Below are positions 40,355 through 53,551 of a stretch of 64,000 nt of DNA, in pieces. Origin of the DNA: Octopus sinensis (Eukaryota); assembly GCF_006345805.1 (NCBI RefSeq), contig NC_043015.1:20770001-20834000 (forward strand). Direction: 5' to 3'. Every line of letters begins with the position of its first letter. The first letter of the stretch is position 1. Under the pieces are notes generated by a model. The model worked only from the letters and a program-made list of their open reading frames with translations. It did no database searches and was not told the origin of the DNA. The translations under genes and the position numbers were made by a program.

Positions 40355-40540
40355 AATAAAAAAAGAACAAACACGCGAAAAAAAGAAAACAACAACGCGA
40401 GGACGTGGTACATGTAAAGTATTAGCAGAACAAAAGAAAGATGGTTGAACTTTTCGAGCAAAAGTTCTTCTTCAGAAACACAGGGAAATGCAATACAAAG
40501 GGAAGGCAGAGGGGAAAAATATCACCACCCATTCACAAAC
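40355..40540 (-). mobile_element. Short repeat family H3b with a minimal hammerhead remnant
   Basis: Aligns with 43275-43475 (cgcgag.acgtggtaca...tttcgagcaaaa...cttcagaa...ggaaggcagaggg.aaaa). Confidence 0.6.
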
Positions 40541-41019
40541 AGAATACACACACACATATATATAAGTGTATGCGTGTGTTTGTGAATCGTTGGCGGTTTT
40601 CTCCTCCGTCTTCCTGCGTATATATTATCTGCTTCTGGAAAAGTAATGAGTATGAAAATATAAAATAATTATGTGATGATAGATAACTGGGTTGGCGTCT
40701 GATAGCTTCAGCTTGTTAAGGACACCAGATTGGTGTTGAATGGGTGTCATAAAACTTTGACTCCTGTTATTATAGTCACAGCAAATGTTTCAGCAGAAGC
40801 AAGTACATTACAATCGAGTAAATAATAAAAGGTTCTTTACGTCAACTTTGAACATGTCATTCATCCAAGGCAGGCGCTGATCAAAAGAAACGCCATTCAA
40901 AATTTATGCAAGCTTTTACATCCCGACACTCAACCACCAACCCACCGTATATGTGTGTGTGTGTGAGTGTTTGCGTGTGACTTTGTGTGCATGTCTGCAT
41001 GTATTATGTATTATGTATG

Positions 41020-41064
<45 letters not shown>

Positions 41065-41163
41065 TATATGCATGTCTGTATGTATAAATAAATAAATGTA
41101 TATATATATATATTTTATATACATTTCATATATATATATATCTGCGTATATGTATGCGTGTGA

Positions 41164-41207
<44 letters not shown>

Positions 41208-42223
41208 TATATATACTTATTTATTTTTATATACACACAACACAAACATGTATATCTTTATATACATGTTTGCCCGCATTTACATACGTGTGCGTGTGGG
41301 GGTGTATAAATATATATATATACACACGTATAGATGTGCGTGTGTGATAGGGAAAAATCTTCCATTATCCATTCCTCAAGTGCCGATATTCTATCTGATA
41401 TGACATGTGTGATGTTTATATCTCTATGATGTTGTTGTGATTAATATCGATTACTTTCCTCAGTGACACAGACGAGATGCTCTCTGATTTATTGGGTTGG
41501 AAGAATACGACTATTTGTCAAGTGCTATCCATGTCTTCCTGAAATCCCCGAATATTCAAAGGCTAATGGAGGGCTTTAGACCTCTTTTTCTTTATCGTGG
41601 CCTTGTTGCCTATCTTTATTTTTTCTTTTCTATGACTGAATCGGTGGCAGAAAGGTAGAAACCATAGAAGTGACGTTCCGAAAATAGTGGATAAAATACA
41701 GGAGAGTCATTCTGGTGTGTGTGAATGTATAAGTGCCTGCTTTCTGACTGACTGAGCGCTAGTCAGGGCCACATGCTCTTCTGCGCCTCTATGATTGTTT
41801 GGTTGGCAATGTGTTTGCATAGATGAGTACACAAACACGCACACACACACACACACAACACACACACACACACCACACACACACACACACAAACACGCGC
41901 ACACGCGCATACACACACGCAAACATGCGTGTACACGTATATAGAGATTATAAATATATACACATATACATTAACATATATACATATATATATATGCACA
42001 CATATATATATAGACATATATACGTGTACGCACACACACATATATATATATATACCAATACTTGTATGTGTTTGTGCGCATGTCTATGTGTGTGTATATA
42101 TGGCAATTATGTATATGTCTGTTGTACGAAGCAGGTTAATCGCTCTGCTGCTTCCCGGAGTTTCTAGGCTTGTAATCTATTTGAGTAAAGTGGACGAGTG
42201 TGTGTGCATGTGTGGGTGTGGGT

Positions 42224-42286
<63 letters not shown>

Positions 42287-42829
42287 GATTTAGAGAAAGA
42301 AATAAAGGAAGGAAGAATACATGAATGAAGGAAGGAAGGAAAGAAAAGCCGAACGGAAGAAAGAAAAAGAAATTTAGAAAGACTGACAAACAAAGCGGTA
42401 TATAGTTATACATATCGACACGTCTACAAGTCATGGTTTGTTTCTGTAGATTGTGGCGCTTCAAAGTATCGATTGATATTGAGATCAGACACCTTATCGT
42501 AATGCATGGGATTTAGTTAATTCCACTAAAGGTCCCAAATTGGATTCAAGCGTTGGTTTTAACATCTGTATATGATCAGTCGACCATGCTCAAACGGGTA
42601 CACACGTTCAGACGAATTTCAACATATTTGCATACTCTCTTTAGTTCTTTAGTTTTATTTATGCGACTTGGGTCTACCTGAAGATTGGAGTGAAGATCAG
42701 TAGGAGAACGGTGAAAGGTATGGGTCAGACTGGAAACCTCTTGAGTGCGAAACGAACTTAACAACCAGCACTGCCATTGTTTGGGTTATTTCATGAAATC
42801 GATCAAAGCAAACGAAACAAATATTCTGC

Positions 42830-43048
42830 GCCTAACATCGGTTTCAGATCTCGGCAGAATGCCAGCAGTTTTACAAGAGTGGGGAAGTCGATGGCATCGA
42901 TTCCAGTGTTCAACTGGTACTTATTTTATCGACCTCGAAAGGATGAAAGGCAAAGTTGGCCTCAGCGAAATTTGAACTCAGAACCTGAAGACGGAAGAAA
43001 TGCCGCTAAGCATTTTGCGCGGCGTCGTAACGCTTCTGCTGGCTCACT
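42830..43048 (-). mobile_element. SINE family C
   Basis: caactggtacttattttatcgacctcgaaaggatgaaaggcaaagt...tttgaactcagaac...gccgctaagcatttt...cttctgctggctca. Confidence 0.85.
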
Positions 43049-43194
43049 GACATTTCTGAGCTAAAAAAACTCAGAGAAGTATTGAAATGTAAAGTGAAAT
43101 AAAAATTCAGGGATATGAGGGACATAAAAGATCGGATATTATTATTGATAAAATAAGACAAAATCCTCCGTGTAAAATAAAATCATATCATATC

Positions 43195-43244
<50 letters not shown>

Positions 43245-43274
43245 CACACACACAGGTATATATATATAATTAAT

Positions 43275-43475
43275 CCAAAAAAGTGAAGGAAAAGCACAAG
43301 AAAAAACAATATCGCGAGTACGTGGTACAAGCAAAATATTAAGACGCTCAGGGAAGGAAAGAAAGGTTGTTTTACGTTTCGAGCAAAATTCATCTTCAGA
43401 AGCAGGAGACAAAAGAAATTCCAAGAGAAAAGGAAGGCAGAGGGAAAAATCGCCAACAATCCACATGTAGTGAAA
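43275..43475 (-). mobile_element. Short repeat family H3b, containing a minimal hammerhead motif at 43369-43403
   Basis: Minus strand GCUU-CUGAAGA-UGAAUUUUGCUC-GAA-ACGU-A^AAAC. Core intact, palindromic ACGU helix III, weakened helix II. Confidence 0.6.
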
Positions 43476-43767
43476 TTTTGAAATGATATATCTATATATA
43501 TCGGAGAATTACAAACCACTTGATAGGAGAGACAAAGATGGTAAGGAAATTCGGGGAGAAAAGCTAGTCAGGATGTTAAAGCTGTACTCTTCTGTTCTTG
43601 GCACATTTCTGCTTGATACGAAGTAAATTTTACCATAAATTCTTCTCAAGTTTCTTCAAATAAGAAACGGGAAACTGAATGTAGTAAGGCAAGATGGACG
43701 ACACACAGACCACTTGATATACGATCAGGTTATATTCTTGATAATGACACTTAATTGTAGGATAACG

Positions 43768-44055
43768 TGGAACTCCATCGGTTACAAAGACAATGGTTCC
43801 AGTTGGTCCGATCAACGGAACGGCGTGCTCGTGAAATTAAGACGCAAGTGGCTGAGCACTCCGCAGGCACGTGTACCCTTAGCAACGTTCTCAATGAGTA
43901 TCAGTGCCACATAGAATGGGACAAAGCTGGCCCTTTGAAAAAAACAGGTTACAACTCATTTTTGTTGGCTAAGTGCCCTGGGGCTACGTGAAATGAAGGT
44001 CATGCGAAAGGGGAAAACGCGCTGGCGGGAATGGAAATCACAACCTTATGAATAC
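43768..44055 (-). mobile_element. SINE family B variant 2
   Basis: Reverse complement of the family B tail (ggttccagttggtccgatcaacggaacggcgtgctcgtgaaattaa...gtggctgagcactcc). Confidence 0.8.
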
Positions 44056-44944
44056 CCTATCTTCAAATTTCACGCGTCTTCACAAATTGTAAGATAAACA
44101 ATCGAACAACAATGAAAATGCGTTGAAAGCAAAAGACGACAGTCACAGGAGTGTTTTCTTCTTCAAACATTCAGTAAGTATGGATATGGTCTGAGACAAA
44201 TATAGCCTGCAAAAAATAGAAGTTTTTTTTCTTCTCACATTTGGAAAAAAAGTCAGATTAAAAAATGTTTAACACAAAAGAAGTAACCACAAAGAAATTA
44301 GAAATCGATAATTACTCACCAAATTACATTAACTGCAATTAATTACGTATATATAATTACTATATACAATATATCGGATTGCGTGTGTGAATACGTATGT
44401 ATGACTACGTATAAGAAATGTATATAGATATATATATGTATATATATGAACTTAATTCCTACAGTATATTATTTTCCGCAAGTATTACGCAATATATGCG
44501 CTGTGTGTGTGTGTGTATTTCTTTGCACGTGTCTAAGTATCACTCCAGGTTTCAATATACACGCTTGTGAGAAGCTGCGTCACTTTCTGTAGATTTCGCT
44601 TTTTTGTAGTCCTTTAAAAATTTGATAGATGTATAGAGAATAAAAATATGCATATATTATCCCTCACCTGTGTTGCTGTTGAAGGATTTCACGTGAATGA
44701 GAGAGGTGTAATGTTTTATTTAATCTATCGCATTTCCTTTTTAAACCATAAGCGCTTTCCCCATCTTTATACATTCTTTATGCCACTAGAAGCCCGCTCC
44801 CAAATATCTGCATATTTGCATGTCTTAAAGGGGCTGTAATCTAGTAGGTGGAAGGGATTAACAAAAGCAAAAAAAAAAAAAAGACCCCAGCTGATAAAGC
44901 TTTTAAAAAGTTACTTTACAACACCCACACGATTTATATTATAT

Positions 44945-45030
<86 letters not shown>

Positions 45031-45088
45031 TTTATTTTTTTATATTTTAGTGTTCTACAATTCAACTGGCTCTGTTTGGTATACAACA

Positions 45089-45177
<89 letters not shown>

Positions 45178-45980
45178 AAAATAATATAAAAGTAATATAT
45201 AAATAAATACATAAAATAACCGAACAGAGTATAAAAGAAGGGGACTTAAATCATTGAGACGCCGATTATTTACGACAAATAATCCACATATATATATATA
45301 TATATACGAGGGTGCATGTGTGTGTGATTGTATGTATGCATCTGTATAATGAGCGCGAATAATGTGGGCGTGTTACTGACAGCTTTATATATATACACAT
45401 ACACACATACACTCATATACATATATACATATATATTTACATACATACACTCACAGATATTCATATAAATGCGCGCGCGCGTGTTTGTGTGTGTTTAAAT
45501 ATATATTCTACTAATATAAAATATTTCCGAGGGTGTACAGACAGAAACTACAATGCTACTCAGTAAAGGGCGATAGACGATGTGTGTTAGTGATGTTGTC
45601 AGTCTTAAAATCACTGGTTGTCTTTGTCGGTAATCTTTGTTTTTGTGGGATAGGTTGTATATAGTTTATGGTGTTAAAGATTGATACAATAGGCTTAGTA
45701 ATGTCATTTGAAATAAAAATGTGCACGACGAACCTTAGCAGCTGCTTAATCCTTTCGTCTTAATCCTCCCCTTAATTCGGCCGACGGCAGTGCGACTTTA
45801 TATATATATATAAATTATATATATAAAGTGTACTTCGTTCGTTCTAGAATTATTGGTTGATCCCATTCAACTTGATGTTGTAAGGTTGTCGACATCAATT
45901 CACATAATTTCTGATTATATATATATATGTGTGTGTGTATGTGTGTGTGTGTACACGCTCGCACAAACATATACAAGTGT

Positions 45981-46016
<36 letters not shown>

Positions 46017-46017
46017 T

Positions 46018-46070
<53 letters not shown>

Positions 46071-46076
<6 letters not shown>

Positions 46077-47309
46077 TTATCTATCTATCAGACCACAGGA
46101 ATTAAATCAAGTTGGCGAATGACTTGTATATGAACAACATAGATTGCTATGGGTATATAAAATAACATGATAAATTCTCAATTTACAAAAATTATCCTCA
46201 GAATCATATAAGTTCAAGAAACAAGGATTTCTTCAAAGTTGAAAGCCATCAAGTAAAAGGGCAGCATTAATGTGTCGCGATAATAGGACAATGAAAACAC
46301 GTTCTCACTTCAATAGGCGTCATCAACCTGACAGTTTTGCTAATCTGTCTCCAGCATCCAAGGAAGACATATAGACATGAAAGAGTATGAACAATTATCG
46401 CCTAAGTTATACACACACACGCGCACATACACGCACACACACACACACATATATATATATGTGTGTGTGTGTATAGAGAGACAGAGGAAGAGAGTGAAGT
46501 GAGTAAGAGACAGAAAAAGTGAGTGAGAGAGAGAGAGAGAGAGTGAGAGATCACTATAATGATGGAAAATGGGAGAATGGCATAACAAGATGCATCCTAT
46601 TTTTACTGGGGTACCATAATAACAAATGGTATTATAAAACGATTATAGTTATCAAAATTGTTATTCCCAGCAGGTCGTCAGTTATTGATATCAAAATTCT
46701 TGATTATGAAACCCTCCTTATTCTCATCAACCGGCCGTTGTTATCTAGAAGGCCTTGTTCCAAAGCGATTAAAATAGGCGGTTTTCTCTCTAAGTACATC
46801 TACCCCATAACACACAAACACCAATAAACACAAACACTTTTTGTGTGTTTGTGTGTGTGTGTGGTCTGTGTGTGTGTGTGTGTGTGTAGCCAGCTATACG
46901 CAGGTAGCAAAACTGCGTGGCTACGTCTTCTCTATTTTCCGAAATTTTAAGCCGTTGATTTTATTGACGTTATCAAACCTAAGTATTCTTGATTTTAAAT
47001 GCAGCTTGGGGGAGTTTGCGTCTTCAAATTATAAAATTAATCTCAGTTAATTGAAGTTCTCTGGCACACATAATTAAGGAACACCGCAATGTATTAGATG
47101 CCATACGCAAGACATTTTTCATTGTAATTAACCTCTTACTGGGAAAAAAACAATATATATTCCTACCGGCAATGTTTGGCGACTCTGAGCGGAAAGGGGA
47201 GATAATTTCAAGTAATTCAGATCTAATTATTTAGAATTATTTTATATACCTAGGGAAACACAATCTGATCTATATTTCACGTCAAGGAAGTATGTCTTTC
47301 TCTCTCATA

Positions 47310-47383
<74 letters not shown>

Positions 47384-48150
47384 TTATCTATCTATCAGAC
47401 CCACAGGAATTAAATCAAGTTGGCGAATGACTTGTATATGAACAACATAGATTGCTATGGGTATATAAAATAACATGATAAATTCTCAATTTACAAAAAT
47501 TATCCTCAGAATCATATAAGTTCAAGAAACAAGGATTTCTTCAAAGTTGAAAGCCATCAAGTAAAAGGGCAGCATTAATGTGTCGCGATAATAGGACAAT
47601 GAAAACACGTTCTCACTTCAATAGGCGTCATCAACCTGACAGTTTTGCTAATCTGTCTCCAGCATCCAAGGAAGACATATAGACATGAAAGAGTATGAAC
47701 AATTATCGCCTAAGTTATACACACACACGCGCACATACACGCACACACACACACACATATATATATATGTGTGTGTGTGTATAGAGAGACAGAGGAAGAG
47801 AGTGAAAGTGAGTAAGAGACAGAAAAAGTGAGTGAGAGAGAGAGAGAGAGAGTGAGAGATCACTATAATGATGGAAAATGGGAGAATGGCATAACAAGAT
47901 GCATCCTATTTTTACTGGGGTACCATAATAACAAATGGTATTATAAAACGATTATAGTTATCAAAATTGTTATTCCCAGCAGGTCGTCAGTTATTGATAT
48001 CAAAATTCTTGATTATGAAACCCTCCTTATTCTCATCAACCGGCCGTTGTTATCTAGAAGGCCTTGTTCCAAAGCGATTAAAATAGGCGGTTTTCTCTCT
48101 AAGTACATCTACCCCATAACACACAAACACCAATAAACACAAACACTTTT

Positions 48151-48187
<37 letters not shown>

Positions 48188-48617
48188 GTGTGTGTAGCCA
48201 GCTATACGCAGGTAGCAAAACTGCGTGGCTACGTCTTCTCTATTTTCCGAAATTTTAAGCCGTTGATTTTATTGACGTTATCAAACCTAAGTATTCTTGA
48301 TTTTAAATGCAGCTTGGGGGAGTTTGCGTCTTCAAATTATAAAATTAATCTCAGTTAATTGAAGTTCTCTGGCACACATAATTAAGGAACACCGCAATGT
48401 ATTAGATGCCATACGCAAGACATTTTTCATTGTAATTAACCTCTTACTGGGAAAAAAACAATATATATTCCTACCGGCAATGTTTGGCGACTCTGAGCGG
48501 AAAGGGGAGATAATTTCAAGTAATTCAGATCTAATTATTTAGAATTATTTTATATACCTAGGGAAACACAATCTGATCTATATTTCACGTCAAGGAAGTA
48601 TGTCTTTCTCTCTCATA

Positions 48618-48630
<13 letters not shown>
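46071..48630. repeat. Tandem duplication, period about 1307 bp, breakpoints inside (TA)n tracts
   Basis: Copies start at 46071 and 47378. Unique sequence is identical except for 1-bp indels (gaccacagg/gacccacagg, agtgaagtg/agtgaaagtg). Confidence 0.95.
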
Positions 48631-48696
<66 letters not shown>

Positions 48697-48876
48697 TATA
48701 CATACATATACATGTTTCTGAGAGAGTCATTTATCTATCTGTCAGTAGTGAGGGTATACTTGGCTATCACATGAGCGGTAACTTTTAGTAACAATTTGTG
48801 AAATCTTTTCGGCTTGTATTTATGTGTGTGTGTATGTGTTATATATGTATGTATGTATGTATATATATATATATAT

Positions 48877-48910
<34 letters not shown>

Positions 48911-49259
48911 GCATGTATGTATGTATGCATGAATATATGTGTGTATGTAGATATATATAAATACATGTATGTATCTGTATGTATACATACATGTATATAT
49001 ATATTTATATATTAATATATATATATATATATTATATATAAATGCATGTATGTATGTATACAACATGTATATATATATGTATATATGAATATATATATAT
49101 ATATATATATATACATACATATATATATACATATATATATATAATATATATATACATATATATATACATGTATGTATACATACGTACATATACATACATG
49201 TATTTATATATATCTACATACACATCTATATTCATGCATACATATATATATATATAATC

Positions 49260-50306
49260 AAACTAAAGTTATTGAACGAATATGCAAGCTCATCCGCATA
49301 GCATTTCATAATTCCAACATTTAATCATAGAATATACATATAAACATCCCGCAAGATGGAACATAATTCATCTGTACAAGCATATAAGCATATAATAATA
49401 AGGTGCAAGAAAAAAGTTCATCCCAGTTTAGAGTTAATACTTTAGCGATTCAGAAAAATACATATTTTTAAAAAACATTACAACACCTAGAAAGTAAAAA
49501 TATAATATAATATAATATAAAGTAATATATAAAAATATATAGGTATATAAAAATATATAAAATATATATATATATATAGGAAGTATATAAAAAATATATA
49601 ATATATATCATGTAAATAAAATAAAAGTTCATCGTTTAGAAATCTTATAAAATTATTATTCAAGTAAGAGAAGCCTTATAGTTAAAAAGGAAACCATATT
49701 TACTTATCCCTATGGCCATTTCAGGGGTGTATTATTATGATTAAAGCACTAGGGTGCATCAAGATAATACCTCCTTCGTCAGGGGAAAAAATACATAAAG
49801 ACAGACATCATCGCGTACCAGGCTAGCACATTGTTGTGTGCTTTCCTATTGAAGCATTCATGCTCGGATAAACCCCAAAGGAAGAATTAAAGCAGTAAAA
49901 AATCTTTTTCTTTTAAAGCAGTAGAGAAATAAGGCAGTAAAAAAAAATGGGTGTATTAAATTAAATTAAGTTCAATTAAATTAAATTGAATTAAATTGAA
50001 TTAAATTGAGCCTCCGTGGTTTCAAATCCTGTAAAAGCCAAATTCTTTTATTTTCCACAACTTATTTTATTCCTATAGACTCAAAAAGACTGGGTGTATT
50101 AAATTAAATTAAGTTCAATTAAATTAAACTGAATTAAATTGAATTAAATTTTTTCTCGCACCTTATTATTATATGCTTATATGCTTGTACAGATGAATTA
50201 TGTTCCATCTTGCGGGATGTTTATATGTATATTCTATGATTAAATGTTCGAATTATGAAATGCTATGCGGATGACCTTGCATTTGTTTGTTCAATAACTT
50301 TAGTTT
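49260..50306. mobile_element. About 1.05-kb foldback element with about 155-bp inverted arms (49260-49415 / 50150-50306)
   Basis: Arms are reverse complements with about 6 differences. The interior has a hammerhead and a 60-bp direct repeat. Confidence 0.75.
49701..49791 (-). ncRNA. Type I hammerhead ribozyme motif with an extended helix II
   Basis: UUUUUUCCC-CUGACGA-[AGGAG GUAUUAU CU UGAU GCAC CCUA GUGC UUUA AUCA UA AUAAUAC A CCCCU]-GAA-AUGGCCAU-A^GGGAUAAG. All core nucleotides present. Predicted cleavage between 49711 and 49710. Confidence 0.75.
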
Positions 50307-52258
50307 AATATATTTGTCTCTTTCAATAGAGCACTTCTATAGCAGTCCTATTAATCTTTTTGTTCCTGACAAGAAACAATCACTGTATTATTGATATATA
50401 AATATATATATATATACACATATATACATATACGTACATTTATAACACATACACACACACATATATAAAAGCCGAAAAGATTTCACAGACTGTTAAATCA
50501 AAGATTTCACAAAGTTACCGCTCATGTGATAGCCAAGTATAGCCTCACTACTGACAGATAGACAAATAACTTTCTCAGAAACAGTTTGTGAAGACGTTTC
50601 AGCTGTAATAAAACACAATTTTACTCTACTTTTGATATTCCAAGGACATTCCCCCCCCCCTCTTCGTTTTGCACCTACTCACTAGCCAAATGCAGTCCGC
50701 GTGTTTTGTATTAATTTGCTGTAAGAAACCAATGTGGATTACATAACGAGACGAATTAGACAGAATATCTTGCAGTATTTTATTCCATCAGTTTTCATTT
50801 CGATTTCTCGCATTCACAAAATATCAGCGGCAATATCGGTAGTTTTAATGGAATAATTACTTTCTTGTATTTGCGGTCGAGTACTATCATGTTCGTTTAA
50901 AGCTTTAGTGTTTCCAGGAGCGATACAAAAACTCTGAATTTATTAAATTAACTGGACACTCTTACGGTTAGTGTCAAGTCATGTGATTAAGACAGAAACG
51001 ATTATTCTTAATGGACGCTAAAATGTGGAGAGTTGTCTGAAAAGGTTGCGAGTTAAACAAAATATCTTTAAATATATTTCTTTCTTTATATATTGCAAAT
51101 TAAATTTCACCTTTCACGATTCCAGCTTCGATAAAATAAAGGAAGGACTAGTATACGATTGAAGTCGATATAATCAACATTCTTTTTCCAAAAAATTTCC
51201 TGAACCTGTATCAATGTTAGTATTACATAAGAATTCTGAATGGTAGAAAATTGAGAACCGCCGGAAAAATTTGATAATCTTTACAATTATGAAGTCTATT
51301 TTGTACACCGAGTCAATTTAGTTTTGTCTCTATAATTTGTAGTTAAAATACCTGCAAGGTTGTCTTTAGTTTTCTGACGAAACGCCTTACATTGCTAAAA
51401 TCTTAACTATGCATTTACTTCTGTTTCAATCGAGTATCCCAGTTATGTCATAAAATGATATGACCTGATAATCCCTTACATCGCTTATTACAATGTTATC
51501 AATTCCGTCCATTTTAGGGCACACAGTGGCTAGATTTATCAAATAGCAATACATGCGGTGTAAATATTTAAGCATTACCATGTTACCAGACATTTGCCTG
51601 GTTTGTTGCATTTGGGATGGAATTATAAAACTATCTAAAAGCTTCTTCGCTAACTCAACTTTAATGTTTCTTCATACGTTAGATAGATACGAAAACTGAA
51701 TGTTGTTAGCATGGAATAAAAAAATAAAATGGCGTTTTGATGTTTTGAAATTTCATGTTTTTTCTCTTTGCTTTTTGTTTAGTGAAAGGCATCAGCAATA
51801 TAAATTGATGATCAATGTTTAGAATCGAGAAATCAATACTTAATCACGCACACGAATTCGTCTTCAAGAATTTGAATTTATTCTGTAGCGTTCACCTTTC
51901 ATGTTCATTTCTTATGTAATCCTAATACTTGAGAAATTATAATAACACTGTATGATGGAGACATAGTTTGATTTTATTTTTATTTATTTTATAACGTTCC
52001 ATGAGCATTATCGAAGTTAATAAATTGGAAATTGCTCCAAACGAGAATAGAAAGCCGTTTCCGAACTTGATTTTGCTAAAGAAAGAGCTTGAAAATGATT
52101 TAATGTTTCAGGATTGATGTTTTAAGATAAAGAGAATCGAATGCTTATTCTCTATCCTTTTTTTATACTTTCACAAGGAAAATAATTCTTATATTTATTG
52201 GAGAAAGTAAATTGAGATGGATCTTCCTTTTGTCAACAACATTAACCTATTAAATGAC

Positions 52259-52400
52259 GGTAGCGAATATGCAGAAACGTTAGACCCTGGTATGAAAATG
52301 GTTTTTCGTATCCTTCCAGAAACTCTGCACTTTAAGTTCGAGTTCCGCTCGAGCCAACTTTATTTTTCCTTTATCAGGGTCGATGAATTAAGACCTATAC
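52259..52400 (+). mobile_element. SINE family C, degenerate
   Basis: gcagaaacgttag...taagttcgagttccgctcgagccaacttt...cagggtcgatgaattaagacc. Confidence 0.55.
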
Positions 52401-52439
52401 ATGGATTTATAGGTGAAGGCATGATTTTGTGATAAATAT

Positions 52440-52870
52440 ATTCACTTTGCGATCACGTGGTTTCGGATCCAGTGCCAGCGAGTGGTATCTGGTGCAAGTG
52501 TCTTGTGTTATAGTCCTGGTATCGATCAAAATCTTATGAGTGAATTTGGTAGACGGAAACTATGTGAAAGATCATCGAAGTAAGAAGTTTGCTTCCCAAG
52601 CACATGGTTCTGGGTTCTGTTCTACTGCGTGAAATATTGGTCGAGTATCTTCTGCTATAGTCTCGGGCTCATTTGGTAGAAGGAATCTGTGTGAGTTTTT
52701 GTGTCTTTGTCAGTCCCCTGCAACCGATTGGCAACCGGTTCGGGGAAAAAAGACCAATAGAGTAAGTACTAGTTTTGAAAATAACTCGTGTGGTTGGTTT
52801 GTTCGAATATACCTTTCAAGATGGTGCCCCAGCATGGTAGTATTCTAATCAGCGAAGTCAAAGAGGTAAA
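52440..52870 (+). mobile_element. Two tandem family A SINEs (5' part at 52440-52575; near-complete copy at 52580-52870)
   Basis: gcaagtgtcttgtgttatagtcc...tgaatttggtagacggaaactatgtgaaag, then gtaagaagtttgcttcccaagcacatggttctgggttc...agagtaagtactag...ggtgccccagcatgg. Confidence 0.75.
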
Positions 52871-53551
52871 AATGTCCAGTATTGCTGTCAATTATTCTCT
52901 CTCCCCCTTTTCTTCCTCTCCTCCTTCTCTTTTCTCTGAATGACGCCTAAAACACAATGTCCAGACGTTGTAACAGGGAATCACACTGAATAAACCTGCG
53001 ACCTACTAAGGGCGCACATGTCCAATGCATACTTAGCCGCTTACTGTATTTTGCAAGTAGAATCTCAGTCATTTAACCAAAGGAATGCTCATCGTCGAGA
53101 TTGACGGAGAACCTACCACTTATATAAGTCAAACCAAACGTTTGCTAACAGGGATGAAAATAAAGTTTCAAGACTACCTCTTAGACTGCAGTCTTCAGGA
53201 AATTTAACGGCAATATTTCATCAGACATTCCAGTAATTATTTTAAAAATGTATCTAATTACTTAATTACAAAATGCTTGTAAAATGGTGATAACTGTATG
53301 AGTGTCCGACAAAAAACATCGTAGTATTTGATTATCTCACTATATCTTCTTAGATCAAACCCTGCCTTGTCAGATTTTGTCCCTTACAACTTCTATTACC
53401 TTTCGTAAATCACGGAAAATCAATTGAATGTCATCGTTTTCATTCGCCAAATCTTTCCCTCTGATTTGGCACACAAATATAATAATAAGAAAAACAAGAA
53501 CAAGAACAACAAGAACAAGAACAACAACAACAACAATAATAATAATAATAA

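Noticed and set aside
46650-46690. CUGACGA-CCUGCUGG-GAAU on the minus strand (and CUGAGGA...GAAU at about 46165-46210), plus duplicates
   Set aside because: The essential A15.1 is missing (GAAU) and helix III does not form. Treated as chance near-misses.
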